A stretch of 64,000 nucleotides of DNA, taken from Octopus sinensis (taxonomy: Eukaryota). Of the stretch, positions 12,730 to 25,020 are shown one piece after another. Below the pieces are notes generated by a model. The model saw nothing but the letters and a program-made list of their open reading frames with translations. It did no database searches and had not been told where the DNA came from. The position numbers and the translations under genes are program-made. The DNA lies in NCBI RefSeq assembly GCF_006345805.1, contig NC_043006.1:80414001-80478000 (forward strand), given 5' to 3'. Numbering within the stretch: the stretch's first letter is position 1; each line of letters opens with the position of its first letter.

Positions 12730-13905
12730 TTAGTGACAATCAATTCTCTCTTTTGATGAAACAATTTTATATTGTGATCGACAATCCATTTTTTGGTAGA
12801 CTTCCTCGTGTGCTTAGGATCGTTATCCTGTTGTAAAACTCACCCTTCACAAAGCTGGAACTTTTCAACAGAGTCCCATAAATCATTGTTCAAAATATTT
12901 TGGTACATCTCTGCATTCATTCTACCATCAATCACATGTAAATTGCCAGTACAATTTGCAGAGAAACGCCCCCACACCATGATGTTGCCACCTCCAAACT
13001 TTACGGTAGGAATTGTGTTTTTCGGCGAATAGGCAGTACCATCTTTCCCCCGAAAATGGCTATGCGAATTTCGTCCAAACAATTCAATTTTCGACTCGTC
13101 TGTCCATAGAACATTTTTCCAGAACGTATTAGATTTATTTTGATGTTCATAAACAAATTTTAAACGGGCATCTCTATGCCTTTTAGTCAACAGCGGAGTT
13201 TTTCTAGGAGTGCGTGATTTCAGTTCATTCCTATGAAGTTCATTGCTGATTGTTCGTAGTGTATCACTAGTCCCTGAAGCTAACAAATCTTCTTGCAACT
13301 TCTTTCTGGTCATCGTTGCATTTTTTCCGATTCTTCGCTTCATTTTTTTTAAAGATCTAGGGGAAATCTTGTGTGATGTACGGATCTTATTCTGTTTTCA
13401 ACAGTTCCCGAATTTTTATATCTTTGAATAAATGAAGATATGGTAGAAAATGGAATACAAAGGGTCTCTGATATTTTCCTGTAGCTTTTACCTGCTTTCC
13501 ACTGTTCAATAATTACGTTTTTCACTGAATTTGTGAGTTCTTTACTTTTCGCCATCATTACGATACTACTTTATGTTGTCTCAATGCTGAATGAAGAAGC
13601 TAGTGTTTTGACATTTAAAAATGACAACTGATAAGATTATTGGAACAAACGAGAAAGTTCTAGTGAAAAAAAGGATTTTGTGGCATAGAAAATCATAAAT
13701 GTATTCTGTACGAATATGTTTTCACCCCTAAATATTTATAATTGTATATAAATTCATTAGTTACTTTAATTTATTAGTTTCTTTTGTATATTCTTAGTAT
13801 ATGCATGTGTATGCAAATATAGTATTGGTATATCCCATTTATATTCATTAGAAATTAAATAAATAAAGAATTCTGACATGTACGAATATTTATTTCCCCC
13901 CACTG
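12730..13905 (-). mobile_element. Tc1-family transposon pseudogene, IR/DR-type terminus
   Basis: ORFs 13349-13558 (paired-like HTH) and 12840-13343 (LWTDESKIELFG, PTVKFGGGNIMVWG), then QQDNDPKHT after a stop; SPDLNPIE segment absent. End CAGTGGGGG.. at 13905 with GTACGAATAT repeated near 13710 and 13880. Confidence 0.9.
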
Positions 13906-14559
13906 GAAATAAAAAAATTACAGTATATAAAATATGAATATCAATATAAATGAACGCGCAAAATAAACATTCAAAGTACTTATTAATCGTTTATAAGTAT
14001 AATAAAGTATAATTCAGAGTAAACACCATTAAAGTATACTTCAGAACATGCGAATTTGTTAAAGCAATATGGTAAAAAGTATGGGATATATAGAAAAAAA
14101 TTATAAAATTTTCAGAGTATAGAATGCCATGTTTAAGATCAATGAGATAAAAAATCGGATCAGTATTAATTATATTGCAGCGCGTACAGATCAAATGTTT
14201 ATTTAGTTTTAGTTAACACAGGTATAAGATAAGGATTAATGGTTATGATAAGATCAAAATATAATGAAATATAATAAAATATAATAAAAGTATGGTACAA
14301 GGACAATAGTGTTGGCAATCTATTGCAATATTATAGACATGTTTAAGTACCGATTAAAACAAGTATAAAATAGTTATATAACTAAGATGACGAAAGTTCA
14401 TTTGGGGGCTTGGAAGTTAGGAAATCTATTACTATATAACCGCATTGATGATTCTACTACAGAGACTGTGGTAGAATGTAAAAAGTTTTAAAATTTTCTT
14501 TAAAATTAACCAAAACTTATATATAAAAAAGATAAATATAATATATTAAGTAAAAACAC

Positions 14560-14920
14560 TACAAACGTTTCATCGGTATAATTAAATTGGAATTATAATT
14601 AAGTTCAAATTCACGCCATTTATATGGGGTCTACTTCCTCTCAAATAAAATTAAGAATCACACAGCATATGCATTCATTTAAAAATAAAAATCAGATTAA
14701 CTCTACAGGGCTTAGCAAATACATATGGGGGCTAATATCCCCAAAAATTAAGTATAATTTAAAGTGGGAAATAATTTGTAAGGCCAAATCATATACTATA
14801 GGTAGCAATTATTGTTATGTTCTAGTTAGTTTAATGAAATTTTATTTAATGGTCATAATAATTTAGTAAATACTCTGCACGATCGTAAAATTAAATGTAG
14901 ACACAGATTACTTTACTTAT
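14560..14920 (+). mobile_element. Penelope-like GIY-YIG endonuclease remnant in extremely AT-rich DNA
   Basis: IYMGSTSSQIKLRITQH..LSKYIWGL..YNLKWEIICKAKSY..C..KCRH. Confidence 0.8.
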
Positions 14921-15436
14921 ATAATTTTTATATAAATAGCGACTATATTTTAACCCTATTTTGTTCATAATATGTAGTTATATGTACTAGTATTAATCTA
15001 AAATTTAGTATGTAATTTATATATATTACAGGATTAATAAGTTTAATTTAATATTATTAAATAAATAATTTAATAATTTAATAAATTTAATAAATATATT
15101 AATTAATGATAGTAGTGTTGTGTTTGCAATTCTGCATGTGGTTTGAGTATTAGTCAATAAGAGTTAGTAAAGGTTCTTTAAATACTTATAGTTAGATTAT
15201 ATTTAGATGTTTTTTATTACTAAACATTTAATGGTTTTAATGAATATAGATTATATGATGGTATATAATGTTGAATCTATAGGATGATAATTTCTTTCTT
15301 TATGTACTACTTTTTTATAATGATAATATATACTTTATTTATTCAATTAAAGAACGATGTAGTTGATCTAAATATAAATTAGTTTACCTATTTAATAAGT
15401 TTAATTTATTATTGTTTAGCATTTATTTTGAGTATT

Positions 15437-15496
<60 letters not shown>

Positions 15497-16745
15497 CTAC
15501 AGTTAGGTATACAGTTTGTAATAAATTTGTTAAATTAATCAATATGTATGTATTTTTTATATATTTCGAAGTAGATTTATTTAGATGTTTATTTAATTAA
15601 AATTATATAATGAATTTTATTAGAATATAGTTTTTATATTAATTAGTGATCATAATATCGATAATGTTTGAGTTACTACTGAATTAATTTTCAATGTGTT
15701 TACTAGTTATTTTTTAAAATTCAAATTAAGAATTGACTACAACGCGACCTTTTTTTTATATAAAATTAATTAATTTTTATAAGATATTTAGAGTTTATAC
15801 AGTAATTGGTTGTTATATAAATTATTTAATTTATAGAGTATTGAGTATAGTTTATTGTAGTTATTTTTAATTATAAATTTCATAGTATATAGTGATTTTA
15901 TTCTCTAATAGTGACTTTGTTCTCTTTATCTATTGTAGCTAGACTACAGCAGTATTTTCCATAATTTCGTCATAATTTTCATTGATAAAATATATTCGTA
16001 GTTTTCATTGTTAAAAGGATTTTTCATCTGATTATTCTATTTCTGTTAATAACGTAATTCCACGAGTATTCTTATAAACGCTTAAAAGACGTTTTCTGTT
16101 TTAAAAGTTTAGTTAATGACACGATTTTTGAAAGCTAAGTAAACCTTTTCTATTTAAGATTTTAAAGTATTTTAATAAGATTAATTGTATTATATTGTAT
16201 ACTATTTAACTAGTGATTGTTAATTTGATTCTATAATTATTTAGTGGTTGATGATATGTATTTAATTATTAGATTATAACTGTACGTTATTTGTAAGTTA
16301 TTACTTAGCCAACGAGATATATAGATCGTAAAATAGCTATACGGTTCTTTTAAGATAGGTTATACGTTTATGGTTTAATTTTTAATCTTTAATGTCTTAA
16401 TGTATTTCATAAATATATTATATTAATATTTAATATTTAAGTAAGTAATATATGGACTAATTAATTTATTTATTTTTCATTATATGTCTATATATTTATT
16501 CATAGAGTAAATTTTAGATTTTAATTACTACATTAGTTATTATTTTTAAATATTTTATAATTATTAGATGTGAATTTAAATCTAAAAATATGAAAAGTGA
16601 TTATTTTGTTAAATAATTTGGTAATTAGATATTGGACCATAACTGAGTTAACGATATTTGTGAGTTTCTTATGTTTTTTAATGCCATATTATATCTTAAT
16701 AGATACATACATATTTATATGTATACATATATATACACACACACA

Positions 16746-16786
<41 letters not shown>

Positions 16787-16790
16787 GTCC

Positions 16791-16916
<126 letters not shown>

Positions 16917-17169
16917 CATAATGATATTAAATCTCGTCTTTTGAAGCGACAATAATGAATGACGTCTCTAGGAGTTTGTTTTGGACTATAATTTTTGATT
17001 CGGGAAGCAATATTTTAGAGAGAAATAACATACATTCATACATTAATGTGATGAGAGTTGAAGAGCTTATAGTTATACCACGTGGGAGGGTGGTAATTGG
17101 CGACTTATACGATTTAGTTGGACACCTAACTTATATAGTGTAATACGATGAAATCAGTTAATTTCATAA

Positions 17170-19077
17170 TTAGGAATGCATTTTGTACCAACATTTGCAG
17201 CACGATTCTTTGAAATGGCGTCTAACGACTTTCGTTGACAAGAGTGTAATACTAATTATTAAACCGACATACGCATTCCCTATTAAGCTGATCACGAAAA
17301 CGTCGTAAATTTCGGCAATGGCAGATAATGGTATTATTAACCATGTTAAACCCATTATAAGGCTTAATTTAAAATAAACCATAATTCCTATATTCTTACG
17401 TACCCCAAGATATTTTGATGAGTTTTTCCTAGCAAAACAGAGACCCACAACTATGACGATGAAAATCAACGCATTCATTGATAAAAGTGTTATCAGCGGA
17501 ACTCCAAGAAACCACTTCGGAATTTCATTTCTCCCAAACAAACAAAAATATTCCACTGGATCTTTAGGAGGAATGTACTGCAAATATATCAATGTTGCAA
17601 TGACAATTATAAGCGGAGACATCCAAGCATATAAGGAATAAAAGATAAATTTCTTCCCTTGTTTTTCAACAATTGGAAACTTTTTAATTCCTGAAAATAC
17701 ATATGAAGCATCAAATGATATAACATTCATCCAAAAAGCAGACGCTAACACGAAATACTGCAACAATATGTCGTATACATTGCACGCAGATTGATATTGT
17801 ATAAAAAAGTCGATGAAACATAAAAACACTGTTGCAAACATTGAGGATAAAAGTTCAATGGTTAGTTTACCTGGTAATGTACGGAGTTCTGGTATACAGA
17901 AATAGACCGTAATAGTGATGATTAGAGCTACACTGGAGCACAATGCTCCCGTAATTAGAAGGTACACTTTAAGATCAATACGCGCCTTTCTCTTATAATT
18001 ATTTACACAAATACTAATACCTTGGGGATCTCGAATGAATTCTGACTGGTTTAGCACCGTTCTGGAAGAATTCAGATAGATATATCCATCAAGATTGAAA
18101 GAATACTCAGACTCTTTTAATCTTTCGGTGGTACAATTTAAGATGAAACTAAAGTCAACTTGTCGGCATTTAATCTTCAGTTCGTCGTAAAGAAATCCAG
18201 GTGAACAATATGGCAGTTCTTTCAAATATACTTTTTCATTATTTGCATTTAATAGTTCAACTGTGTTATGATTATAGTTAAATATTGCTATTTGTCTGTA
18301 CTCCTTCTTTCCATGTGATATTTTTGAAGAGATCGTCACGTTGCACTCAATATTATTAATACCAATACCATTACAAATTGCGCAGTGAATGTTTCTAAAA
18401 CTAGTCCCATTTGATCTGACAATAGCCATTGGTACAAACATACAAGGAGAATCTAAAGATGCATTGGTAAATTTTGTGGGACAACTTGAAACATAATCAG
18501 TGCATGGATATTGGTAATCGCTAAAGTTCAATGGCGCTTCAATCGATACATTACAATGATTATTTCTCAATATGCGAGGGAAGTTTGATAAATCTATATC
18601 TATCTGATGATTGCATTTGTAGTGAACTGTCCATAATATATATTCTTCACCGTTGCACAGAGCACAGAACAAATTCCTGTAAAGTCTTTTAGTTCGTTTT
18701 CCCAGAGCAGGTATGTTGTATAATTGGTCATTCTCATTCGGTGTTTCACAATAGGTAAGGTGTTCTGTAATTGAATGGTCGCTTGGACAGCGATCAAAGA
18801 GAAAATAACTTTCTAATTTATTATCACTAATTTTCCTGCAACTATAATCTACTGATAAGGTTCCATGGTCACTTATTGTTTCATTAATTACGTCTGAACA
18901 ACATTCATTATATAGATTACAATATTTATGACAAGAACATCTTCTTTGCAAACTTTCTGTATCACAAAGTGAATGATGACATTCAATATTTTTCACCGAA
19001 CAATATGAAAGCTGGATAACGTGGTCTTCAAAAGCTATCAGCAGAATGTGTAAGAGATTCCAGAAATGATGTTTCAT
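17170..19077 (-). CDS. Type-A receptor 1: SMB-like/Cys-rich ectodomain class-B (Methuselah/adhesion-like) GPCR, 635 aa, intact single-exon CDS
   Basis: ATG start, hydrophobic N-terminus, RCSCHKYCNLYNECCSD (SMB-like), two RNxxCAxCN modules; 7 hydrophobic segments with PELRTLPGK, C..LLQYFVLASAFWMNVISFD, YSLYAWMSP, YFKLSLIMGLTW; no GPS motif. Confidence 0.93.
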   Translation of the reverse strand: MKHHFWNLLHILLIAFEDHVIQLSYCSVKNIECHHSLCDTESLQRRCSCHKYCNLYNECCSDVINETISDHGTLSVDYSCRKISDNKLESYFLFDRCPSDHSITEHLTYCETPNENDQLYNIPALGKRTKRLYRNLFCALCNGEEYILWTVHYKCNHQIDIDLSNFPRILRNNHCNVSIEAPLNFSDYQYPCTDYVSSCPTKFTNASLDSPCMFVPMAIVRSNGTSFRNIHCAICNGIGINNIECNVTISSKISHGKKEYRQIAIFNYNHNTVELLNANNEKVYLKELPYCSPGFLYDELKIKCRQVDFSFILNCTTERLKESEYSFNLDGYIYLNSSRTVLNQSEFIRDPQGISICVNNYKRKARIDLKVYLLITGALCSSVALIITITVYFCIPELRTLPGKLTIELLSSMFATVFLCFIDFFIQYQSACNVYDILLQYFVLASAFWMNVISFDASYVFSGIKKFPIVEKQGKKFIFYSLYAWMSPLIIVIATLIYLQYIPPKDPVEYFCLFGRNEIPKWFLGVPLITLLSMNALIFIVIVVGLCFARKNSSKYLGVRKNIGIMVYFKLSLIMGLTWLIIPLSAIAEIYDVFVISLIGNAYVGLIISITLLSTKVVRRHFKESCCKCWYKMHS

Positions 19078-19103
19078 GCTGAATATATATTTTATAGAGG
19101 CAC

Positions 19104-19112
19104 CTATAATTT
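19104..19112 (-). promoter_or_regulatory. Putative 3' splice acceptor of a 5'UTR intron
   Basis: AAATTATAG|GTGCC 26 nt upstream of the ATG; equivalent AG at 47766-67, 23672-73 and 51439-40 in the three paralogs. Confidence 0.4.
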
Positions 19113-19770
19113 AAAAGTGTTTATGTCTCATTACATTTGCAGCATCCAAAATTTGATTTTGTTCATGGTATATTGAGACTATATTTCTGTTAGCAAATAT
19201 GGACATATAATTAAGATTTACTAAATAATATGAGGATGAACAGTTGAATGAAATACGTCGCTACTGTTGACTCTGTTAAAAGAAAGAAAGTAAGAATACG
19301 TTAAGATTTTGTTAAGCAAAAACTAAGTAATATAATAATGCAGGAAATACACCACAACACTGAGGTCAAAGGAAGCTTGTAAAGATATATCTTATGCAAT
19401 TTGATTGTGAAATTTGTTGAAAATTTCTTTGATTACTAGCAAAGACTCCATATTTTAAAAACAAAGATTGTGAGGTAGGAGTAAATGTAAGCATTTCGTA
19501 TTTCGAAAGTATAGAAGTGGAATGCATTGTAATACTGAATGAAAAAGTCTTAAGAATATTGCTTGGTTCATAGTTTGGAATACAAAATGTTTGTATTACT
19601 TTTATATGCCAAGTTTCATACAAACTCATGACATAAAAAAAACTCACCGTTACATCAATCTAGTCATGCAGATTTTGAAATATCGTTCTAATGACAAGCC
19701 TGGAATACAAATACTTGTTAATGAGATGAGAGACTATAACTTCATACATATACATTGGTTTTTATATATA

Positions 19771-21005
19771 CCGGGGTTTTCCGAAAATCCGCCCATCCAT
19801 TAGATCGCCCATGGGCGTTTTTTTTGGATGGGTGGTAATTTGAGTTGAAACGGAGTTAGTGTTCTTGTTTGCAGTTTGATTAGACGTTCATTTATTCTAT
19901 GTCTGTATATAAATTCAAAGGATTTGTATTCTCGATAATGGAGTCGAGAAAAATATATCAAAACGTGTTCAACTATCATATAACATTCGTAAAACTTTGA
20001 AGAACATTCTGGCAATTTATCTGTTGCGTCAAGTGACAGGTATTGATAGAAAACTATAGAGAGAATGGCGCCCAAAAGAAACTGAGTTAATCCATGTTAG
20101 ACAAGAGAAAGCGCAGATCAATTGGTGGAAGTAGGGGACCAGCACATAAGGATCTGGAGATTGAAATCTTATTGTGGATTATTGCTCAGTGTGCAAACAA
20201 TATAATTGTAAATTATCGCCGTTTATGAGAATATACTTCGTGCTGAATGGGAGAGTTGGTTTTCAAAAGGCAAAAAGGAGTATACAAAAGGCAAAAAGAA
20301 ATATACAAGGATATCGCACAAAAACCTTCTTATCAAGAGATAGTGAATTTTGTGACCCAAGATGTTGCCACTTTAAATAAAGAAATGTTATATGATCGTT
20401 GAACACGTTTTGATATATTTCTTTTACTCCATTACTCCAAACAAGAACACTAACTCTGTTTCAACTGAAACTCACGCTTACAGGATGTTTTGTCTGGCCT
20501 TCAGGTAAATGCACCAGATGCACATAATGACAAAATTGAAGAAGATGAGATTCAAGTAAATGAAATTTGCTTTGATGTGGATTATGACCAAGCAACAAAT
20601 GAAGAAATTTGTGACTTGTAACTATTCGGTTATTGATCTACCATATATGCCCAAGGACATTATTTGTTCATATGAGGCTTGTATTCAAGTTTTCAACAGT
20701 TTAATATTTCCTCATTAAACCATTGTTAACTTCAGAATATTTTTTAATATGATACTTCTTTTAAGGCTGTTTCAATCTTTTATGCCTATATATCTGGTAA
20801 CTGAAAGGATAGAAATTCAATGGAATTGTATAAAATAAATATGGTTTTTGAGAATATTTTTGTTTTTCCTAGGTGAAATATTTTACTTCAATATTAGCGC
20901 CCATGTGCGCTTATTATAAGTGGGCGGTTATCTAAGCTCCAAAATAGTTTTGTAAAATAGAATTTTCCGTTTAACATTCCTGGGCGGATTTTCGGTAAAT
21001 CATAA
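19771..21005. mobile_element. Non-autonomous TIR element (hAT-like MITE)
   Basis: Left TTTTCCGAAAATCCGCCCA (to 19795) vs right TGGGCGGATTTTCGGTAAA (from 20981); no transposase ORF; only the right part survives in unit B (~48010-48300). Confidence 0.6.
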
Positions 21006-21069
21006 GTATTTGCATCCATCCATTCTATGAGTGACAAATCACAGTGTGGAAAGTTTTGAATTGGCAGCA

Positions 21070-21235
21070 AATCGGTGTAGATTAAGAGAACAATACCTCT
21101 GTAGTTACCATACATTATTCGGGCTCCTTTTCCTTCATAGAGAGGAAGAATAATTGCATCCTTCCAATCCTTAAGCATTGCACCATCCCCACCAGACTAC
21201 ACTAATAGGTTCATGAAGGGACTGTATTATGTAAT
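21070..21235 (-). mobile_element. RTE-clade LINE reverse transcriptase fragment (unit A copy)
   Basis: KDWKDAIILPLYEGKG..GNYRGIVL; same position as the longer unit B copy. Confidence 0.8.
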
Positions 21236-21736
21236 CACAACAAAATCGTGAGAGGCAATCAAATGATTCAAGCAACCAAAAATAATTAATCTCTGAAGCT
21301 GTAATTACAGTTTACTTTCGGATATTCCTTCTCTTTTGATGTACTATGTAGAAACATTGAATGAGGCGGCAATTTAATAGTGTTTCCATTTAACTATGTA
21401 CACTCATTTATGATGCTATTTTCAGTTCATGTCATTGTTGGGTATGCAACTATATTAGTTAGGCATCACTCTTGAGGGTGAAAGCGGCGTATATTTTTCG
21501 GCTACAAATTGATTGAGGAATGATGTTTGCGGTGTTTGTGTTCGGGAATATTATTTCGTAGTGGGATCATTATTTTTAATGGAGAAATAACATAAAAACA
21601 ATATAACTTTTGAAAGTTGAGGTTTTTTATGGTATTCTGAGCGTGTAGTAACAGATCCGTTAGGTGTAGGAAAAACTTGACTATACTTGTGATTTGTGTG
21701 CGGTGAAATGATTAAATCAAATTCATTTCATGAATA

Positions 21737-23637
21737 TTATTTTGTTTCGTGAAATAATTTGCAGCATTCTTGTTTGAAATGACGTCTAACGGTTTTCGTT
21801 GATAAAAATGTAATACAAATTATTAAACCGACATAAGAATTTAATGTGACGCATATAGTGATTGCGTCATGCATATAGGCATAGGCAAATATTGGTATAA
21901 AAACCCAAGTGAAACCCATAATAAGGCTTAGTTTAAAATAAATCATAAATCCTGTTTTCTTACGTAGTCCAAGATATTTTGATGAGCTTTTTCTAGCTAA
22001 ATAAAGACATATGACGGTAATGAAAAACATCAACGTATTAATTGATAAAATTGTTGTTATAGGAAATGCAAAAAACCACTTGAAACTCACGTTCCCAAAA
22101 TAACAAAGAAAATGTCCATGCGTAAGTTTAGGAGAAATGTTCAGCGAAAATAGCAGTGCCACTATCACAATTGCAAGTGGAGTTATCCAAGCATATAAAG
22201 AATAGAAGATAAACCTCTTCCCTTGTTTTCCTGCAACTGGAAATTTTATAATTCCTGAGAACGTGTACAAGGCATCAAATGATATGACATTCATCCAGAG
22301 GACCGGTGTTAGTATTAAATAATGCAACAATGGGTGTAATACAAAACACGGTATTCGAATTTTAGTAAACCTGACGATCAAGAAAAAAAATTCGATTACA
22401 AACATGGAGAACAACAGTCCCATGATTAGTTTACCTGGTAATGTACGGAGTTCTGGTATACAGAGATAGACTGTAATAGTTATGAATATTGCTACAACGG
22501 AGGACAATAATCCGATATACATCAGAGAAAATAAAACCCCTATCTGCCCTCTTGTCTCATGATCATTTACACAGATACTTATGCCTTGAGGATCTCGACT
22601 GAACTCTGACTGGTTTAGCCATGTCTGGGAAGAATTCAGATATAGAAACCCATCACTAGTAATGTGATATTCCGATTCCTCAAGTCTTTTGGTTGTACAA
22701 TTTAACACGAAATTAAATTCAACTTGTCGGCATTCATTCTTTAGTTCATCATAAACAAATCCATGCGAACAAGGGGACAATTTTTTAATATAGTTTTTTT
22801 CAGTAGATGCATATAATACTTCAACAGTGTTATTATTGTAATTAAATATTGTTTCGAAAGTATACACTTCTATTTCATATGTCATTTCTCTAGAGACAGT
22901 TATGTTACATTCTGTATCATTAATATCAACACTGTTACAGATGGCGCAGTGAATATTTCTGAAATTAGTTCCATTTGATGTTACCATAGACATTGGTTCA
23001 AACATACAAGAAGACACTAAAGTTGCATTGGTAAGTTTTATAGGACAGCTTGAAACATAATCTGTACAGGGATATTGGTAATCTTTAAAGTTAAATGGAG
23101 CTTCAATCGATACATTACAATGATTATTTCTCAACATTTGAGAGAAGAGTGATAAATCTATATTCATCCTATGTTTACATTTGTAGTGAACTGTCCACAA
23201 TAGGTATTCTTCTCCATTACACAGAGCACAGAACAAATTCCTGTAAAGTCTTTTAGTTTTTTTTCCCAAAGCAGGTATGTTGTATAATCGGTCATTCTCG
23301 TCTGGTGTTTCACAGAAAGTAACGTGCTCTGTAACTGAATGGTCGTTTGGACAGCGGTCAAACAAAAAGTAACTGTCTGATTTATTATCGTTAATTTCTC
23401 TGCAGCTATAATCTGTTGACATTGTTCCATGTTCAAGTATCGTTTCGCTGATCACGTCTGAACAACATTCTTTATATAGATTACAATACTGATGACAAGA
23501 ACATCTTGCAAACGTTCAGCATCACAAGTTGAAGGAGAACATTCGAGATTTTCTACCAAACAATATGACTGTTTAATGATTTCGTTCGCAAAAGCAACAG
23601 AAAAAATCTGAAAGAGATTCCCGAAGTGGTGTACCAT
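21737..23637 (-). pseudogene. Type-B receptor 1: same GPCR family, one 4-nt frameshift deletion in the SMB-like domain
   Basis: ATG at 23637 (MVHHFGNLF). At 23506/23507 TTGCA-AGATGT lacks 4 nt relative to the paralogs (TTGCATCAAAGATGT). The remaining 572 codons are open with all 7TM motifs; the ORF-track start at 23455 is a GTG. Confidence 0.85.
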
Positions 23638-24569
23638 GTTGAATATTAATGTTGAATTCTCAAGTAGCCATCTGTATTTCCGAATAATTTACACAACGAA
23701 TAAACATTATATTTGATTTAATGTCAAGCTGTATTGAGACTATTTCTTCTTGAAATAGTAACAAGATAGTCCATTGAATGAATCGTTTAATAACTGTTGC
23801 ATCTGTAAAAGATAAAAAACAACAAAAGCAAAAAATAAACGAACACCGTATTAAGATGATGTTTAACAAAATTTACAAAGGAAGCAGTATAATAAGGAAG
23901 AAAACTTGATATCAACTAACATTATAACGGAATTTCGTAAATGTACATACTAGGCAAGAACGCAAAAAACGTTTTATATATTTTAAACAAAATTCGTAAG
24001 GTAAAATTTGAAATTAAATCATTTCGTAATGGTACAAATGACGTAAGTAGTAAATGTGGAAAATATTGAATGATTATGGTGACTCTAAATGGGATTTGTT
24101 TTTCGATTCTGTGGCTTCATCTCCGTGTTAGAATATTTGTTGTTTATATCTTTTGAATTCTCAGGCACGTCTCATATAACTTTACAGCATAACGGGAGAA
24201 AACTCGCCGTTACAAGTCCAGGACCCAAATGTTTGAATTTCCAATGGACGTTCTCATATCATAACTAATAACGAGTTGAGAATTTGGAAAACAAATACAC
24301 GTCACTGAGAGTAGAATTTATAACCATAGATCCTTAAATATATATAAGAACGCTTGTCACAAAATTGTTCATCCTGAAAACGACAGCCTCAGAAGGAGCA
24401 ATTTCTGGAATATAAGGGAAGTGCGACAGCAACAATAGCGATACCCTGGTCATCTTTTCCACGTCGTTAGTAAGCAGCATGCTGATTATTGTGCAACCTG
24501 TGAATACACTTTAAGCCCATTTTGAGTATGACGAGATCATTACGAATAATAATTCTGCACACACAGAGA

Positions 24570-24654
<85 letters not shown>

Positions 24655-24658
24655 TATA

Positions 24659-24694
<36 letters not shown>

Positions 24695-24714
24695 CATATA
24701 TATATACACACATG

Positions 24715-25020
24715 TGGAGGCGCAATGACCCATTAGTTAGGGCAGCGGACTTGCGGTCGCAGGATCGCGGTTTCGATTCGCAGACCGGGCATTGTGAGTG
24801 TTTATTGAGCGAAAACACCTAAAAGCTCTACGACGCTCCGGCAGGGAGTGGTGATCCCTGCGTACTCTTTCAACACTCTTTCTCCCACTCTTTCTTCTGT
24901 TGGCCTGCTCGTTTAGCCATTGGGGTGGCGTCATTCGAAGGCTAAAACAATTCTAACGCATTGTGACCAGCGATGTGTAACAACATCTGATGGTCTGGTC
25001 GGTCACGTGATCACGTGATA
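24715..25020 (+). mobile_element. tRNA-derived SINE
   Basis: GGCGCAATGACCCATTAGTTAGG..GGTTTCGATTCG A/B boxes; same family as 57575-57882. Confidence 0.8.

Noticed and set aside
17453-17641. Plus-strand ORFs 17453-17641 and 46115-46303, and alternate-frame ORFs 18600-18797, 23164-23436, 50929-51201
   Set aside because: Shadow ORFs of the receptor CDSs; their recurrence just reflects paralogy.
21737-23455. 572-aa ORF as an intact gene
   Set aside because: Its start is a GTG inside the SMB-like domain; the real ATG and signal peptide are in another frame at 23637.
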